From assembly GCA_022797935.1 (NCBI GenBank), contig JAAWLO010000004.1, positions 338 through 64,337 of the forward strand: 64,000 nucleotides of DNA. Direction: 5' to 3'. Every line of letters starts with the position of its first letter. Positions within the stretch are counted from its first letter, which is position 1. The notes under the pieces were generated by a model. It ran no database searches. It was not told the DNA's origin and saw only the letters and a program-made list of their open reading frames with translations. Origin of the DNA: Oscillibacter sp. GTDB lineage: Bacteria; Bacillota; Clostridia; Oscillospirales; Oscillospiraceae. Both the position numbers and the translations under genes were made by a program. Shown here piece after piece: positions 51,916-60,515 of this stretch.

Positions 51916-53079
51916 ATGGCCGATTACCGCAAGGATGACGCTGCCAACTGGGACCGGGAACAGGTCCGGCGGGAGCGTCCTCAGCCGGCGCCGCGCAAAC
52001 GCCGCCGGAGAAAACGCAGACTGCACCCGCTTCTCTTCCTTCTGCTGCACCTGCTCTTTGTGGCCCTGGTCTCCGGACTGCTGGGCTGCGGCGGCTGGCT
52101 GCTCTTCAGCGACTTCTGCTCCTTCAACCGTTCCGGCGTTCCCACGGTGACGGCCACCGTTGAGGTCTCCTCCGAGGACACCCTGGACACCATTGCCGAT
52201 AAGCTGGCGGACGCGGGCTTTATCGAGTACAAGTGGTTTTTCCGGCTCTACGCCGGCTTCACCGGCGCGGAGGAGGAGATCAGCATTGGGTCCCACAGCC
52301 TGAACACCGATATGGACTACCACGCCCTGGTGGCGGGTATGCGGGGAACCCGGAGCTACGCCAACGCCGATACCGTCCAAGTCACCATCCCCGAGGGACG
52401 CACTGTCTCCCAGACCATTGCCATTCTGGCGGAAAAGGGCGTCAACACCGAAGAGGCCCTCATCGACGCCGCCCAAAACGCGGATTTCAACTATGACTTC
52501 ATTGACAACGAATCCACTAACATCAGCCGCCTGGAGGGCTACCTTTTCCCGGACACCTACGAATTCTATATCAATGAAAAGCCTGCCGACGCGCTGAACC
52601 GCCTCATCCGCAACTTCAACAGCAAGATGGATGACGACCTTCTGGCCGTCGCTGCCGAGAGGGGCTATGACCTCCACAAAATCATCACCGTTGCCTCGCT
52701 CATTGAGAAGGAGACCGACGGCACGGATTACGGCAAAATCGCCTCCGTCATCTACAACCGCCTGGACGGTCCCGGCGACAAGGCTGGCACCTATGGCATG
52801 CTTCAGGTGGACGCCTCCCTGCTCTACGTGCTCTCGGGGCACCAGGGGGCCATCACCCAGTCCGACATGCAGACGGATTCCCCCTATAACCTCTATAAAT
52901 ACCCGGGCCTGCCCCCCACACCCATTGCCAACCCCGGTCTTGCTTCCATTCTGGCGGCGCTGGAGCCGGAGAACACCGACTATTACTATTACGCCCTGGG
53001 CACAGATGGCCGTCACCGCTTCTTTACCAATTACAATGACCATGTGGCCTTCGTCAGCAGTGGTGAGTATGGCGGGTAA
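51916..53079 (+). CDS. mltG: Endolytic transglycosylase
   Basis: N-terminal TM segment; VTIPEG, LEGYLFPDTY, ASLIEKE and SPYNLY..GLPPTPI motifs. Confidence 0.93.
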   Translation: MADYRKDDAANWDREQVRRERPQPAPRKRRRRKRRLHPLLFLLLHLLFVALVSGLLGCGGWLLFSDFCSFNRSGVPTVTATVEVSSEDTLDTIADKLADAGFIEYKWFFRLYAGFTGAEEEISIGSHSLNTDMDYHALVAGMRGTRSYANADTVQVTIPEGRTVSQTIAILAEKGVNTEEALIDAAQNADFNYDFIDNESTNISRLEGYLFPDTYEFYINEKPADALNRLIRNFNSKMDDDLLAVAAERGYDLHKIITVASLIEKETDGTDYGKIASVIYNRLDGPGDKAGTYGMLQVDASLLYVLSGHQGAITQSDMQTDSPYNLYKYPGLPPTPIANPGLASILAALEPENTDYYYYALGTDGRHRFFTNYNDHVAFVSSGEYGG

Positions 53080-54298
53080 GAAACCGGAACTGCTGGCCCC
53101 GGCAGGGGACCTGGAGCGGCTGCGCATGGCCGTTCTCTACGGCGCGGACGCCGTCTATCTGGCGGGCACGGATTTCGGTATGCGGGCCTTCGCGGGGAAC
53201 TTCTCCCCCGAGGACCTGGCAGAGGCGGTGCGCTTCGCCCACGCCCACGGCGTCCGGGTTCACTGCACCGTCAACACCATGCCCCGAAACGGCGAGATGG
53301 ACCGCCTTCCCGCCCATCTGGAACAGCTGGAGGCGCTGGGGGTGGACGCCGTCATTCTGGCGGACCTGGGGGCCTTCCAGCTGGCGGGGCGGTATGCGCC
53401 CCATGTGGCCCGCCACGTTTCCACCCAGGCGGGCGTCACCAATTACGAGGCCGCCCGGGCCTGGCACGACCTGGGGGCCCGCCGGGTGATTCTGGCCCGG
53501 GAGCTGAGCCTGGAGGAGGTCCGCACAATCCGGGACAAGACCCCGCCGGAGCTGGAGGTGGAGGCCTTTGTCCACGGGGCTATGTGCGTCAGTTATTCCG
53601 GGCGCTGCCTTCTCAGCAATTATATGACGGGCCGGGACTCCAGCCGGGGAGCCTGCGCCCAGCCCTGCCGCTACAAATACGCCCTGGTGGAGGAAAAACG
53701 GCCCAGGGAGTATTTTCCCATTGAAGAGGACGGCGAGGGCAGCTACATCATGAATTCCCGGGATATGTGCATGATTGACCACCTGGAAGATCTGCTGTTT
53801 CTGAGCAGTCTGAAAATAGAAGGACGGGCAAAGTCCGCCTACTATGCCGCCGTCATTACTGCCGCCTACCGTCACGGAGTGGACGCCGCCTTTGCCGGGG
53901 AACCCCTGGACCCTGTCTGGCGGGAGGAGGTGGAGCGCGTCAGCCACCGGCCTTATTCCACCGGCTTTTACTATGGGCCACCGGGGCAGTATTACGAGGA
54001 CGCCCGCTATGTCCGCCAGTGGCAGGTTGCCGCCGTGGTGACGGACTGCGGCGAGACCGGCCAGGCCACGCTGTCCCTGCGGAACAAATTCCGAGCGGGG
54101 GATGAGGTGGAGCTGGTGGGACCGGGCCTGCGTCCCTTCTCCGTCACCGTGCCGGAAATGACGGACGCCGATGGCCTGCCCCTCTTGGAGCCCCGGACGC
54201 CCCAGAGCGTCTTTCACATGAAGCTGCCCCGGCCCGTTCCGCCCTGGACGCTGGTCCGCCGGGCCGTGAATCTGTCCGCCAAGGATACAAGCAATTAA
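53069..54298 (+). CDS. U32 family peptidase (TrhP-like)
   Basis: KPELLAPAG, FVHGAMCVSYSGRCLLS, GACAQPCR and LKIEGRAKS motifs. Confidence 0.92.
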   Translation: MAGKKPELLAPAGDLERLRMAVLYGADAVYLAGTDFGMRAFAGNFSPEDLAEAVRFAHAHGVRVHCTVNTMPRNGEMDRLPAHLEQLEALGVDAVILADLGAFQLAGRYAPHVARHVSTQAGVTNYEAARAWHDLGARRVILARELSLEEVRTIRDKTPPELEVEAFVHGAMCVSYSGRCLLSNYMTGRDSSRGACAQPCRYKYALVEEKRPREYFPIEEDGEGSYIMNSRDMCMIDHLEDLLFLSSLKIEGRAKSAYYAAVITAAYRHGVDAAFAGEPLDPVWREEVERVSHRPYSTGFYYGPPGQYYEDARYVRQWQVAAVVTDCGETGQATLSLRNKFRAGDEVELVGPGLRPFSVTVPEMTDADGLPLLEPRTPQSVFHMKLPRPVPPWTLVRRAVNLSAKDTSN

Positions 54299-54311
54299 AA
54301 GGAGGAGCCGT

Positions 54312-55709
54312 ATGAACGCAGATGTCGTCATTGTGGGAGCCGGACCAGCCGGTATCTTCACTGCCCTGGAGATGGTGAAAAAGGGAAGCCATCAAAAAAT
54401 TGTCATGGTGGAAAAGGGACAGAGCGTGGAAAACCGCCGCTGCCCCAAGAGCCAGACCAAGAAGTGCATGAACTGCAAGCCTTACTGCCACATCACCACC
54501 GGCTTTTCCGGCGCGGGGGCCTTCTCCGACGGAAAACTGTCCCTGAGCTATGAGGTGGGCGGCGACCTGCCGGCTCTGATTACGCCGGAGCTGGCCCAGG
54601 AGACCATTCATTATGCCGACCAAATCTACCTGGACTTCGGTGCGGACACTCACATTGAGGGGCTGGAGCATGAGGAGGAGCGGAAGGAAATCCGCAAGCG
54701 GGCCATTCAGGCGGGATTAAAGCTGGTAGACTGCCCCATCCGCCACATGGGCACTGAGAAGGCCCACGACATCTACTTAGGCATTGAGCGCTATCTCCAG
54801 GAGAACGGGGTGGAGATCTTCTTCGGCTGTGAGTGCCAGAACCTGATTCTGGAAAACAGCATCTGCAAGGGCGTCACCGTCTCAGACCGGCAGAAGGACT
54901 TTGAGATTTACGCCAAGCACACGATCGTGGCTACGGGCCGCCGGGGGGCGGACTGGCTGGAGCGGCTCTGTTCCGAGCATGGCATTGCCCACGCGCCGGG
55001 TACGGTGGACATCGGCGTGCGGGTAGAGGTCCGGAACGAGGTCATGGAGATGGTGAACCGGGTTCTCTATGAATCCAAGCTGGTGGGCTGGCCCAAGCCC
55101 TTCAAGAACAAGGTCCGGACCTTCTGCCAGAATCCCGGCGGCTTCGTCAGCCAGGAGAACTATGACAACGATCTGGCGGTGGTGAATGGCCATTCCTACA
55201 AGGAGTTCAAGAGCGACAACACGAATCTTTCGATCCTCTGCTCCCATAACTTCAGCGTTCCCTTCAACCAGCCCATTGCCTATGCCCAGAAGGTGGGCGA
55301 GCTGACCAACATGCTGGCCAACGGCCAGATTCTGGTTCAGCGCTTCGGCGACATTCTGGACGGCAAACGGACCTGGCAGAAGGAGCTGGCCCAGTCCAAC
55401 ATCCGGCCCACGCTGCCGGACGTGGTTGCGGGAGATATCACGGCCGCCATGCCTTACCGGGCCATGATGAACATCATCAACTTCATCCAGGCCATGGACT
55501 ATGTGGTGCCGGGCTTCGCTTCCTACGAAACCCTGCTGTATTCTCCCGAGCTGAAATTCTATTCCAACCGGGTGAAGATGGACACGGACTTCAACACCAG
55601 CCTCCAGGGCCTCCACTGCCTGGGGGATTCCTCCGGCTGGACCCGGGGACTGATGATGTCCTCCGCCATGGGCGTGCTCATGGGCCGCAAGCTGGCCGAA
55701 GAAGGTTAA
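54312..55709 (+). CDS. FAD-dependent oxidoreductase
   Basis: VGAGPAG, GAGAFSDGKL, RTFCQNPGG and GDSSGWTRG motifs. Confidence 0.88.
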   Translation: MNADVVIVGAGPAGIFTALEMVKKGSHQKIVMVEKGQSVENRRCPKSQTKKCMNCKPYCHITTGFSGAGAFSDGKLSLSYEVGGDLPALITPELAQETIHYADQIYLDFGADTHIEGLEHEEERKEIRKRAIQAGLKLVDCPIRHMGTEKAHDIYLGIERYLQENGVEIFFGCECQNLILENSICKGVTVSDRQKDFEIYAKHTIVATGRRGADWLERLCSEHGIAHAPGTVDIGVRVEVRNEVMEMVNRVLYESKLVGWPKPFKNKVRTFCQNPGGFVSQENYDNDLAVVNGHSYKEFKSDNTNLSILCSHNFSVPFNQPIAYAQKVGELTNMLANGQILVQRFGDILDGKRTWQKELAQSNIRPTLPDVVAGDITAAMPYRAMMNIINFIQAMDYVVPGFASYETLLYSPELKFYSNRVKMDTDFNTSLQGLHCLGDSSGWTRGLMMSSAMGVLMGRKLAEEG

Positions 55710-55728
55710 CCTGCTGTGCTGAGACGCG

Positions 55729-55762
55729 AAAAATCAGGGCCGTTAAGGCCCTGATTTTTTTT
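55729..55762. terminator. Bidirectional terminator
   Basis: aaaaatcagggcc/ggccctgattttt hairpin. Confidence 0.8.
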
Positions 55763-55764
55763 CC

Positions 55765-56814
55765 TCACTGGATTTTTCGGGATTCATAGGACGGGGGAAT
55801 GGGTTCACTCGTTCCCCTCGGTTCGTCCTCCGGCAGGTCCATGGATCCCTCTGTGCCCGCGATTTCGGGAAGGACCCGGACAAGGCACACCGCGGTCTGG
55901 TCCTCCCAGCTGGCGGTGATGACCGCCTCGCCCGCGCCCTCGATGGAGACCCGTCCGCCGCTGTCCACCTGGGCCGCATCGGGATTCGAGGAAGTCCACG
56001 CCACCTCCTCCGAGGGGACCCCGAAAACCTCTAATACATACTGGCCGATATCGCCTGCTGCTGTCTCGATCTCTCCGGGGCTGACGGCAAGGATTCCCGG
56101 TATGTCTGCGGGCCTGGGGAAGCGCGGCGCAGTGACATTCAGCGTCTCCGTAATCCGGCAGTCATCACCGCACTCCAGCACGATGTCCAGATGCCCCATC
56201 AGATCCTCCGGGATATCCCAGGCAAAGAGGGCGAAGTCCCGGCCCTCTCCCGCCGCCTGAACCGCCACCTGTTTCCGATATTCCAAGGTTCCGGTTCCTG
56301 AGGGGGTCAGGAATAGAGAGACGGCGTTGACGGAATGTTCACCGCCGTCCTCAAACGCCACCATCAGCAGAACCCGTTCTCCGGCGGTAAAGCTGTTCCA
56401 CCCGTCTCCCAGGTCTGGCCGGAGGAGCGCGGCGTCCTCGTTGAAGAAATAGATGCCGGTGATATGTGGTTCCGCATACTGCGGGGTATCCGCCCGGAGG
56501 GCCTTGAACATGACAATGGACAGCAGGGCTGACACAATCAGCACCCCCAGGACCAGGAGCACCAGCCGCTTCCAGTTCCAAAAGGGCGGCTGAGAGCTTG
56601 ACGGAGGGGTCTCCTCTGGCGCAGTCTCCTCCGGTGCAGGGAACGTGATGCCCAGCACCTCCCCCAGAAGCTCCAGATTCTCCGGGCTGGGGACGGAGGC
56701 TTCCAGCTCCCATTTGCTGACGGCCTGGCGGCTGACCTCCAGCTTTTCCGCCAAATCCTCCTGGGTCATGCCCAAATTCTCCCGGGCCTGCTTGATGATT
56801 TCCGCTATCGTCAT
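55765..56814 (-). CDS. XRE-HTH membrane protein with an extracytoplasmic Ig-like (Big_2) domain
   Basis: MTQEDLAEKLEVSRQAVSKWE HTH, one TM segment, WTSSNPDAAQVD..G.AVITA Ig-like motif. Confidence 0.8.
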   Translation of the reverse strand: MTIAEIIKQARENLGMTQEDLAEKLEVSRQAVSKWELEASVPSPENLELLGEVLGITFPAPEETAPEETPPSSSQPPFWNWKRLVLLVLGVLIVSALLSIVMFKALRADTPQYAEPHITGIYFFNEDAALLRPDLGDGWNSFTAGERVLLMVAFEDGGEHSVNAVSLFLTPSGTGTLEYRKQVAVQAAGEGRDFALFAWDIPEDLMGHLDIVLECGDDCRITETLNVTAPRFPRPADIPGILAVSPGEIETAAGDIGQYVLEVFGVPSEEVAWTSSNPDAAQVDSGGRVSIEGAGEAVITASWEDQTAVCLVRVLPEIAGTEGSMDLPEDEPRGTSEPIPPSYESRKIQ

Positions 56815-56976
56815 TTGTATATCCTCCTCAAGTAAGTCGAAACCGGTTTCGCAGGCCTCAGTATAGCAGGTTGCGCCGGTTGCGTCCACCAACTTGGCCC
56901 GCAACCAGCCCGGTTGCGCGGAGAATTTTCATGGATACCGCCAGATTTCCCGGTTCTGATTCGTTTTATAGACAGA

Positions 56977-57516
56977 ATGGCCGTTCAAGAAGGAGATGAT
57001 ACTACGGAACAAATCACCTATACCCGCCAGGAGGCGGAGGCTCTGGTGGAGCGTTGGGCGGATACCATCCTCCGGATTGCCTACACCTGGACCGGCAATA
57101 TCCAGGACGCTCAGGACGTCTGTCAGACGGTGCTTCTGAAGCTGCTGACCCAGCCGCATCGCTTTCCGGACCCGGACCGGGAACGGGCTTGGCTTCTGCG
57201 GGTCACGGTCAACTGCTGCAAGGACCTGAAAAAGTCCGCCTGGATGCGGAAACGGACCTCCCTGGATGCGGCGGCGGAGACGGCGGTCCATCTGCCGGAG
57301 CCGGAGGAGAGCCCTGTGCTGAAAGCGGTTCTGGCTCTGCCGGAGAAGTACCGGCAGGCAGTGTATCTGCGTTATTATGAGGAATACAGCGTCAATGAAA
57401 TTGCCTCGCTGATGGGCTGCAAGGCCGCTCAGGTCAGCACCTATCTTTACCGGGGCAAGGCAAAACTGAAGATCATGTTGGGAGGCGGCTATGGAAAAAC
57501 GTGTTTTACAGACTGA
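56977..57516 (+). CDS. ECF sigma factor (start uncertain)
   Basis: Region 2 DAQDVCQTV..AWLLRVTVNCCKD; region 4 LPEKYRQAVYLRYYE..EIA. Confidence 0.88.
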   Translation: MAVQEGDDTTEQITYTRQEAEALVERWADTILRIAYTWTGNIQDAQDVCQTVLLKLLTQPHRFPDPDRERAWLLRVTVNCCKDLKKSAWMRKRTSLDAAAETAVHLPEPEESPVLKAVLALPEKYRQAVYLRYYEEYSVNEIASLMGCKAAQVSTYLYRGKAKLKIMLGGGYGKTCFTD

Positions 57517-58483
57517 ATTGGAGCATGTGCGCTTCACCCCGGAAGGCCGGAAAGCCCTCACAGAGGCCCTGATGCGGGGAGAGCCGGTCCGGCATTCCGG
57601 GAGCTGGGTCCGGCGGGGCATAGCGGCTGCCGTGGCCGCCGCAGTGCTGGTAGGTTCCGCCGTAGCGGCGGCAGGCCCCTTGTGGAGCCGCTATTTCGGA
57701 CAGCTGGACCGTGAACAGCAGGAAATCATGGAAACCCTCAGCCAGACGCTTCCGGCGGCGGAGTCCAACGGGACCACTATGACGCCTCTGGCGGCCTTCG
57801 GCGACCAGGATTTCTATTACCTCATGCTGGAAATCCGCGCCCCAGAGGGCACAGTCCTCCCGGATTATCGTGAGGAGGAGGGCTGTTACCAGCTCTTCGG
57901 CGACACCCTGGAGGAGTCGGTTACGCTGACGGACGCGGCGGGACAGGATGTGCTCTGCACCCTGGATTACAGCTGGATCAACGATGACCCCGGAGACAAT
58001 CTTCTCACCGCCGTGATTCGCCTCTGGTCCATGGAGGACACGAATCTTTGCGACGGAACAGACAAGGTGCTCCGCATACCCGGTCTCTGGGTTCAGAGCC
58101 CGGACAAGATCTACACGCCCGTCCTCACCGGCAGCTGGGATTTCCATATCGGGACCCATTCCGGCGGCGTTGAGAGCCTGACGCCGGACGTAGCCGGAGT
58201 TACCGTGGAAGACGCGGACTGCGGGACCATGACCATGGAGTACCTGCGATTGTCTCCCTTGGGAATGCGGATTCGCCACAGCTGGTCGGAGCCCAGGGAG
58301 GGCATCCTTCCCGGCGCGCCGCTCTCCGTAGTCATGGAGGACGGCAGCGAGGTTGCCCTGGAAAATACCGTAGGCAGCTGCGGGGAGAACTGGAATGAGG
58401 AATATGGTCCTTTCGAGACTCCCATTGACCTGGACAAGGCGGTGGCTGTCCGTTGGGGCACGGCAGAGATTCCCCTGGGCTGA
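57491..58483 (+). CDS. Probable anti-sigma factor (DUF4179-like)
   Basis: Overlaps the ECF sigma gene; Ala-rich TM segment followed by an ESNGTTMT extracytoplasmic domain. Confidence 0.7.
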   Translation: MEKRVLQTELEHVRFTPEGRKALTEALMRGEPVRHSGSWVRRGIAAAVAAAVLVGSAVAAAGPLWSRYFGQLDREQQEIMETLSQTLPAAESNGTTMTPLAAFGDQDFYYLMLEIRAPEGTVLPDYREEEGCYQLFGDTLEESVTLTDAAGQDVLCTLDYSWINDDPGDNLLTAVIRLWSMEDTNLCDGTDKVLRIPGLWVQSPDKIYTPVLTGSWDFHIGTHSGGVESLTPDVAGVTVEDADCGTMTMEYLRLSPLGMRIRHSWSEPREGILPGAPLSVVMEDGSEVALENTVGSCGENWNEEYGPFETPIDLDKAVAVRWGTAEIPLG

Positions 58484-58535
58484 AGGCGCAGAAAAGCGGC
58501 ACGGAGTTTTCCGTGCCGCTTATGCTTGTCCAAGA

Positions 58536-59438
58536 TCAAACGTGGATTCCGCCCACGAAGTATGTATTGTAGTAGCCGCTGGTCAGATCGCTGTAAATCA
58601 CGCCGCCGCTGCGGGAGGAAGAAGAATGAATCATCTGGCCTCCGCCGATGTAGATGCCTGCGTGAGAACAAGCCTTTCCGGCGTTGCGGCTGGGGTCATT
58701 GAAGAACACCAGGTCACCGGGCTGGAGCTCGCCCAGGCTGTAAACCCGGGTGCCCAGGCCGCTCTGCCACTGGCCGGTGGCCGTGTGGGGCAGGGAGAAA
58801 CCGAACTGCTTGTACACATACATGGTAAAACCAGAGCAGTCAAAGCCGCTGGGGGAGGCGCCGCCGTAGCTGTAGCGGGTTCCCAGGAACTGCCGGGCAA
58901 AATCCACCACACCGCTGGAGGAACCAGGGGCGGCGGGCTCGCTGTTGGTGAGGCTGATGTAGTCGCTGCGGATGTAGCCGTCGCCATAGGTGCTGGTGAT
59001 GCTGTACCAGCCGTTTTCCAGGCCGATGACGGTGACGCCGCTGCCCAGACCCAGGTTGTTCAGAACCTCGCCGTCCAGAGAGGCCATATCCCGCACATTC
59101 ACGCCGGAGGCGTTCACCCGGCCATAGGTCTCAAACGCGCTGTTGTCGGCCTGCACCAGGAACTCGGAGGAGACATAGCCGCTCTTGCCGTTGTAGGCAA
59201 CCCGGTACCAGCCCTCTTCGGCGCTGTCCAGAATGGCTACGGTCAGGTCCTTTTCCAGGGTGGTGACAATGGAGGCCTCCGTGGAGGGCTCGGAACGGAG
59301 ATTGAGGCCGCTGCCGGTGGTAACGCCGACTCCCGTGGCCAGAGCGTCTTCCGCGGCGAAGACCGAGACGGCCAGGAACGCAGCGGTGATTGCGGAGAGC
59401 GCCAGAACCTTGGCGGCCTTTTCTACAAAGTGATTCAT
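58536..59438 (-). CDS. SH3b-SH3b-NlpC/P60 peptidoglycan endopeptidase
   Basis: Signal peptide; LNLRSEPS and VNVRD SH3 repeats; GFDCSGF, HAGIY and IHSS catalytic motifs. Confidence 0.93.
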   Translation of the reverse strand: MNHFVEKAAKVLALSAITAAFLAVSVFAAEDALATGVGVTTGSGLNLRSEPSTEASIVTTLEKDLTVAILDSAEEGWYRVAYNGKSGYVSSEFLVQADNSAFETYGRVNASGVNVRDMASLDGEVLNNLGLGSGVTVIGLENGWYSITSTYGDGYIRSDYISLTNSEPAAPGSSSGVVDFARQFLGTRYSYGGASPSGFDCSGFTMYVYKQFGFSLPHTATGQWQSGLGTRVYSLGELQPGDLVFFNDPSRNAGKACSHAGIYIGGGQMIHSSSSRSGGVIYSDLTSGYYNTYFVGGIHV

Positions 59439-59525
59439 GGGAATTCAAATCCTTTCGTTTCGTTCGTAAAGGTCCGGACGGTCACGCCGCCTCAGACCGG
59501 GTAAGAGAGGGATGGGGAAAACCAG

Positions 59526-59834
59526 TTACTTCTCTCTTCCCGCCAGGGCCCGGTTCAGCCACACCGCCGCAATGTCCATGGCGGCATACAGGCTGTTCTT
59601 CTCGCTTTTCTTGACGACCCGGTCCCGTGATTTCAAATCCGGGTCTGTCAGCTGGAGCTGGATGGAAACCCGGGTAGCAAGGTCCAAGTCCTGTTCTTTC
59701 TTGGTCTCCAAAACCTGCATCATGATGATATATTTTTCAGCCATCGTGCCGTAGTAGATCAGGTTGCCTGCCCGGCGAAGCGGATGGCCTTTGTACACAA
59801 GACCTTCGGTTTTGCTGTTCTTCCCTCCTGCCAT
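59526..59834 (-). CDS. Hypothetical protein (102 aa)
   Basis: AAGGAGG RBS before ATG 59834; YKGHPLRR..IYYG sequence; upstream promoter present. Confidence 0.75.
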   Translation of the reverse strand: MAGGKNSKTEGLVYKGHPLRRAGNLIYYGTMAEKYIIMMQVLETKKEQDLDLATRVSIQLQLTDPDLKSRDRVVKKSEKNSLYAAMDIAAVWLNRALAGREK

Positions 59835-59854
59835 GAAAACCCTCCTTGAAATTT

Positions 59855-59892
59855 TGTAACCAAATTGTAACATCTTTTTTCCGTTTTGTCAA
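59855..59892 (-). promoter_or_regulatory. Sigma-A promoter overlapped by a WalR-type direct repeat
   Basis: TTGACA(59892-59887)-17-TACAAT(59869-59864); TGTAAC-caaat-TGTAAC at 59855-59871. Confidence 0.6.
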
Positions 59893-60059
59893 CGCTCTCC
59901 GTTGGTCAAATATATGGAAAATCCCGGCTGATTTTTGCCGAAACGCACAAAAATGACAAAGCCCCCGGAGGAGAGGCGCTGCCGGATCCGGCAGACCGCT
60001 CCTTTCCGGGGATTTTGCGTCAGAGAAAATGACAAATTGTAACTCTTTTTGTTACGCTT

Positions 60060-60305
60060 TCACTGTCCGAGGTACTTCCGAACCAACACCTGCAGCAGCT
60101 CATCCCGATCGATTTTGCGGATCAGTGTGCGGGCATTGTTGTGGTTTGTAATATAGGTGGGGTCCTCGGACAGGATATAGCCCACGATCTGATTGATGGG
60201 ATTGTAGCCCTTTTCCTCCAGAGACTTGTAAACAGAAGAGAGAATCTGATGAATCTCCGCGTCCTTTTCCAGCGCGAGGCTGAACTTTCTGGTAAAATCG
60301 TCCAT
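60060..60305 (-). CDS. ireB: IreB/ReoM family regulatory phosphoprotein (UPF0297)
   Basis: [36 protein letters not shown] motif. Confidence 0.93.
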   Translation of the reverse strand: MDDFTRKFSLALEKDAEIHQILSSVYKSLEEKGYNPINQIVGYILSEDPTYITNHNNARTLIRKIDRDELLQVLVRKYLGQ

Positions 60306-60515
60306 TTGAACACCACCTTCCTTTCCGCGTTCCTCTTTAGTATACTCGTTTTTCCTCCAACTGTAAAGGGGTTCCTCAGGAAATTCACGAAAGATTTTTA
60401 CTTTAGTAAGCGAAACCGCGTTTCCCTCCCGGCCGGGAGATTCGCCAAATCCGGCAGGAATCTTCCCAAAACGGCCTGTAAGAAACGGAAAAACCGGGAT
60501 TTAAGAGGATTGAAT

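Noticed and set aside
59440-59525. c-di-AMP riboswitch upstream of the NlpC/P60 gene
   Set aside because: The region is too short and lacks the ydaO consensus motifs.
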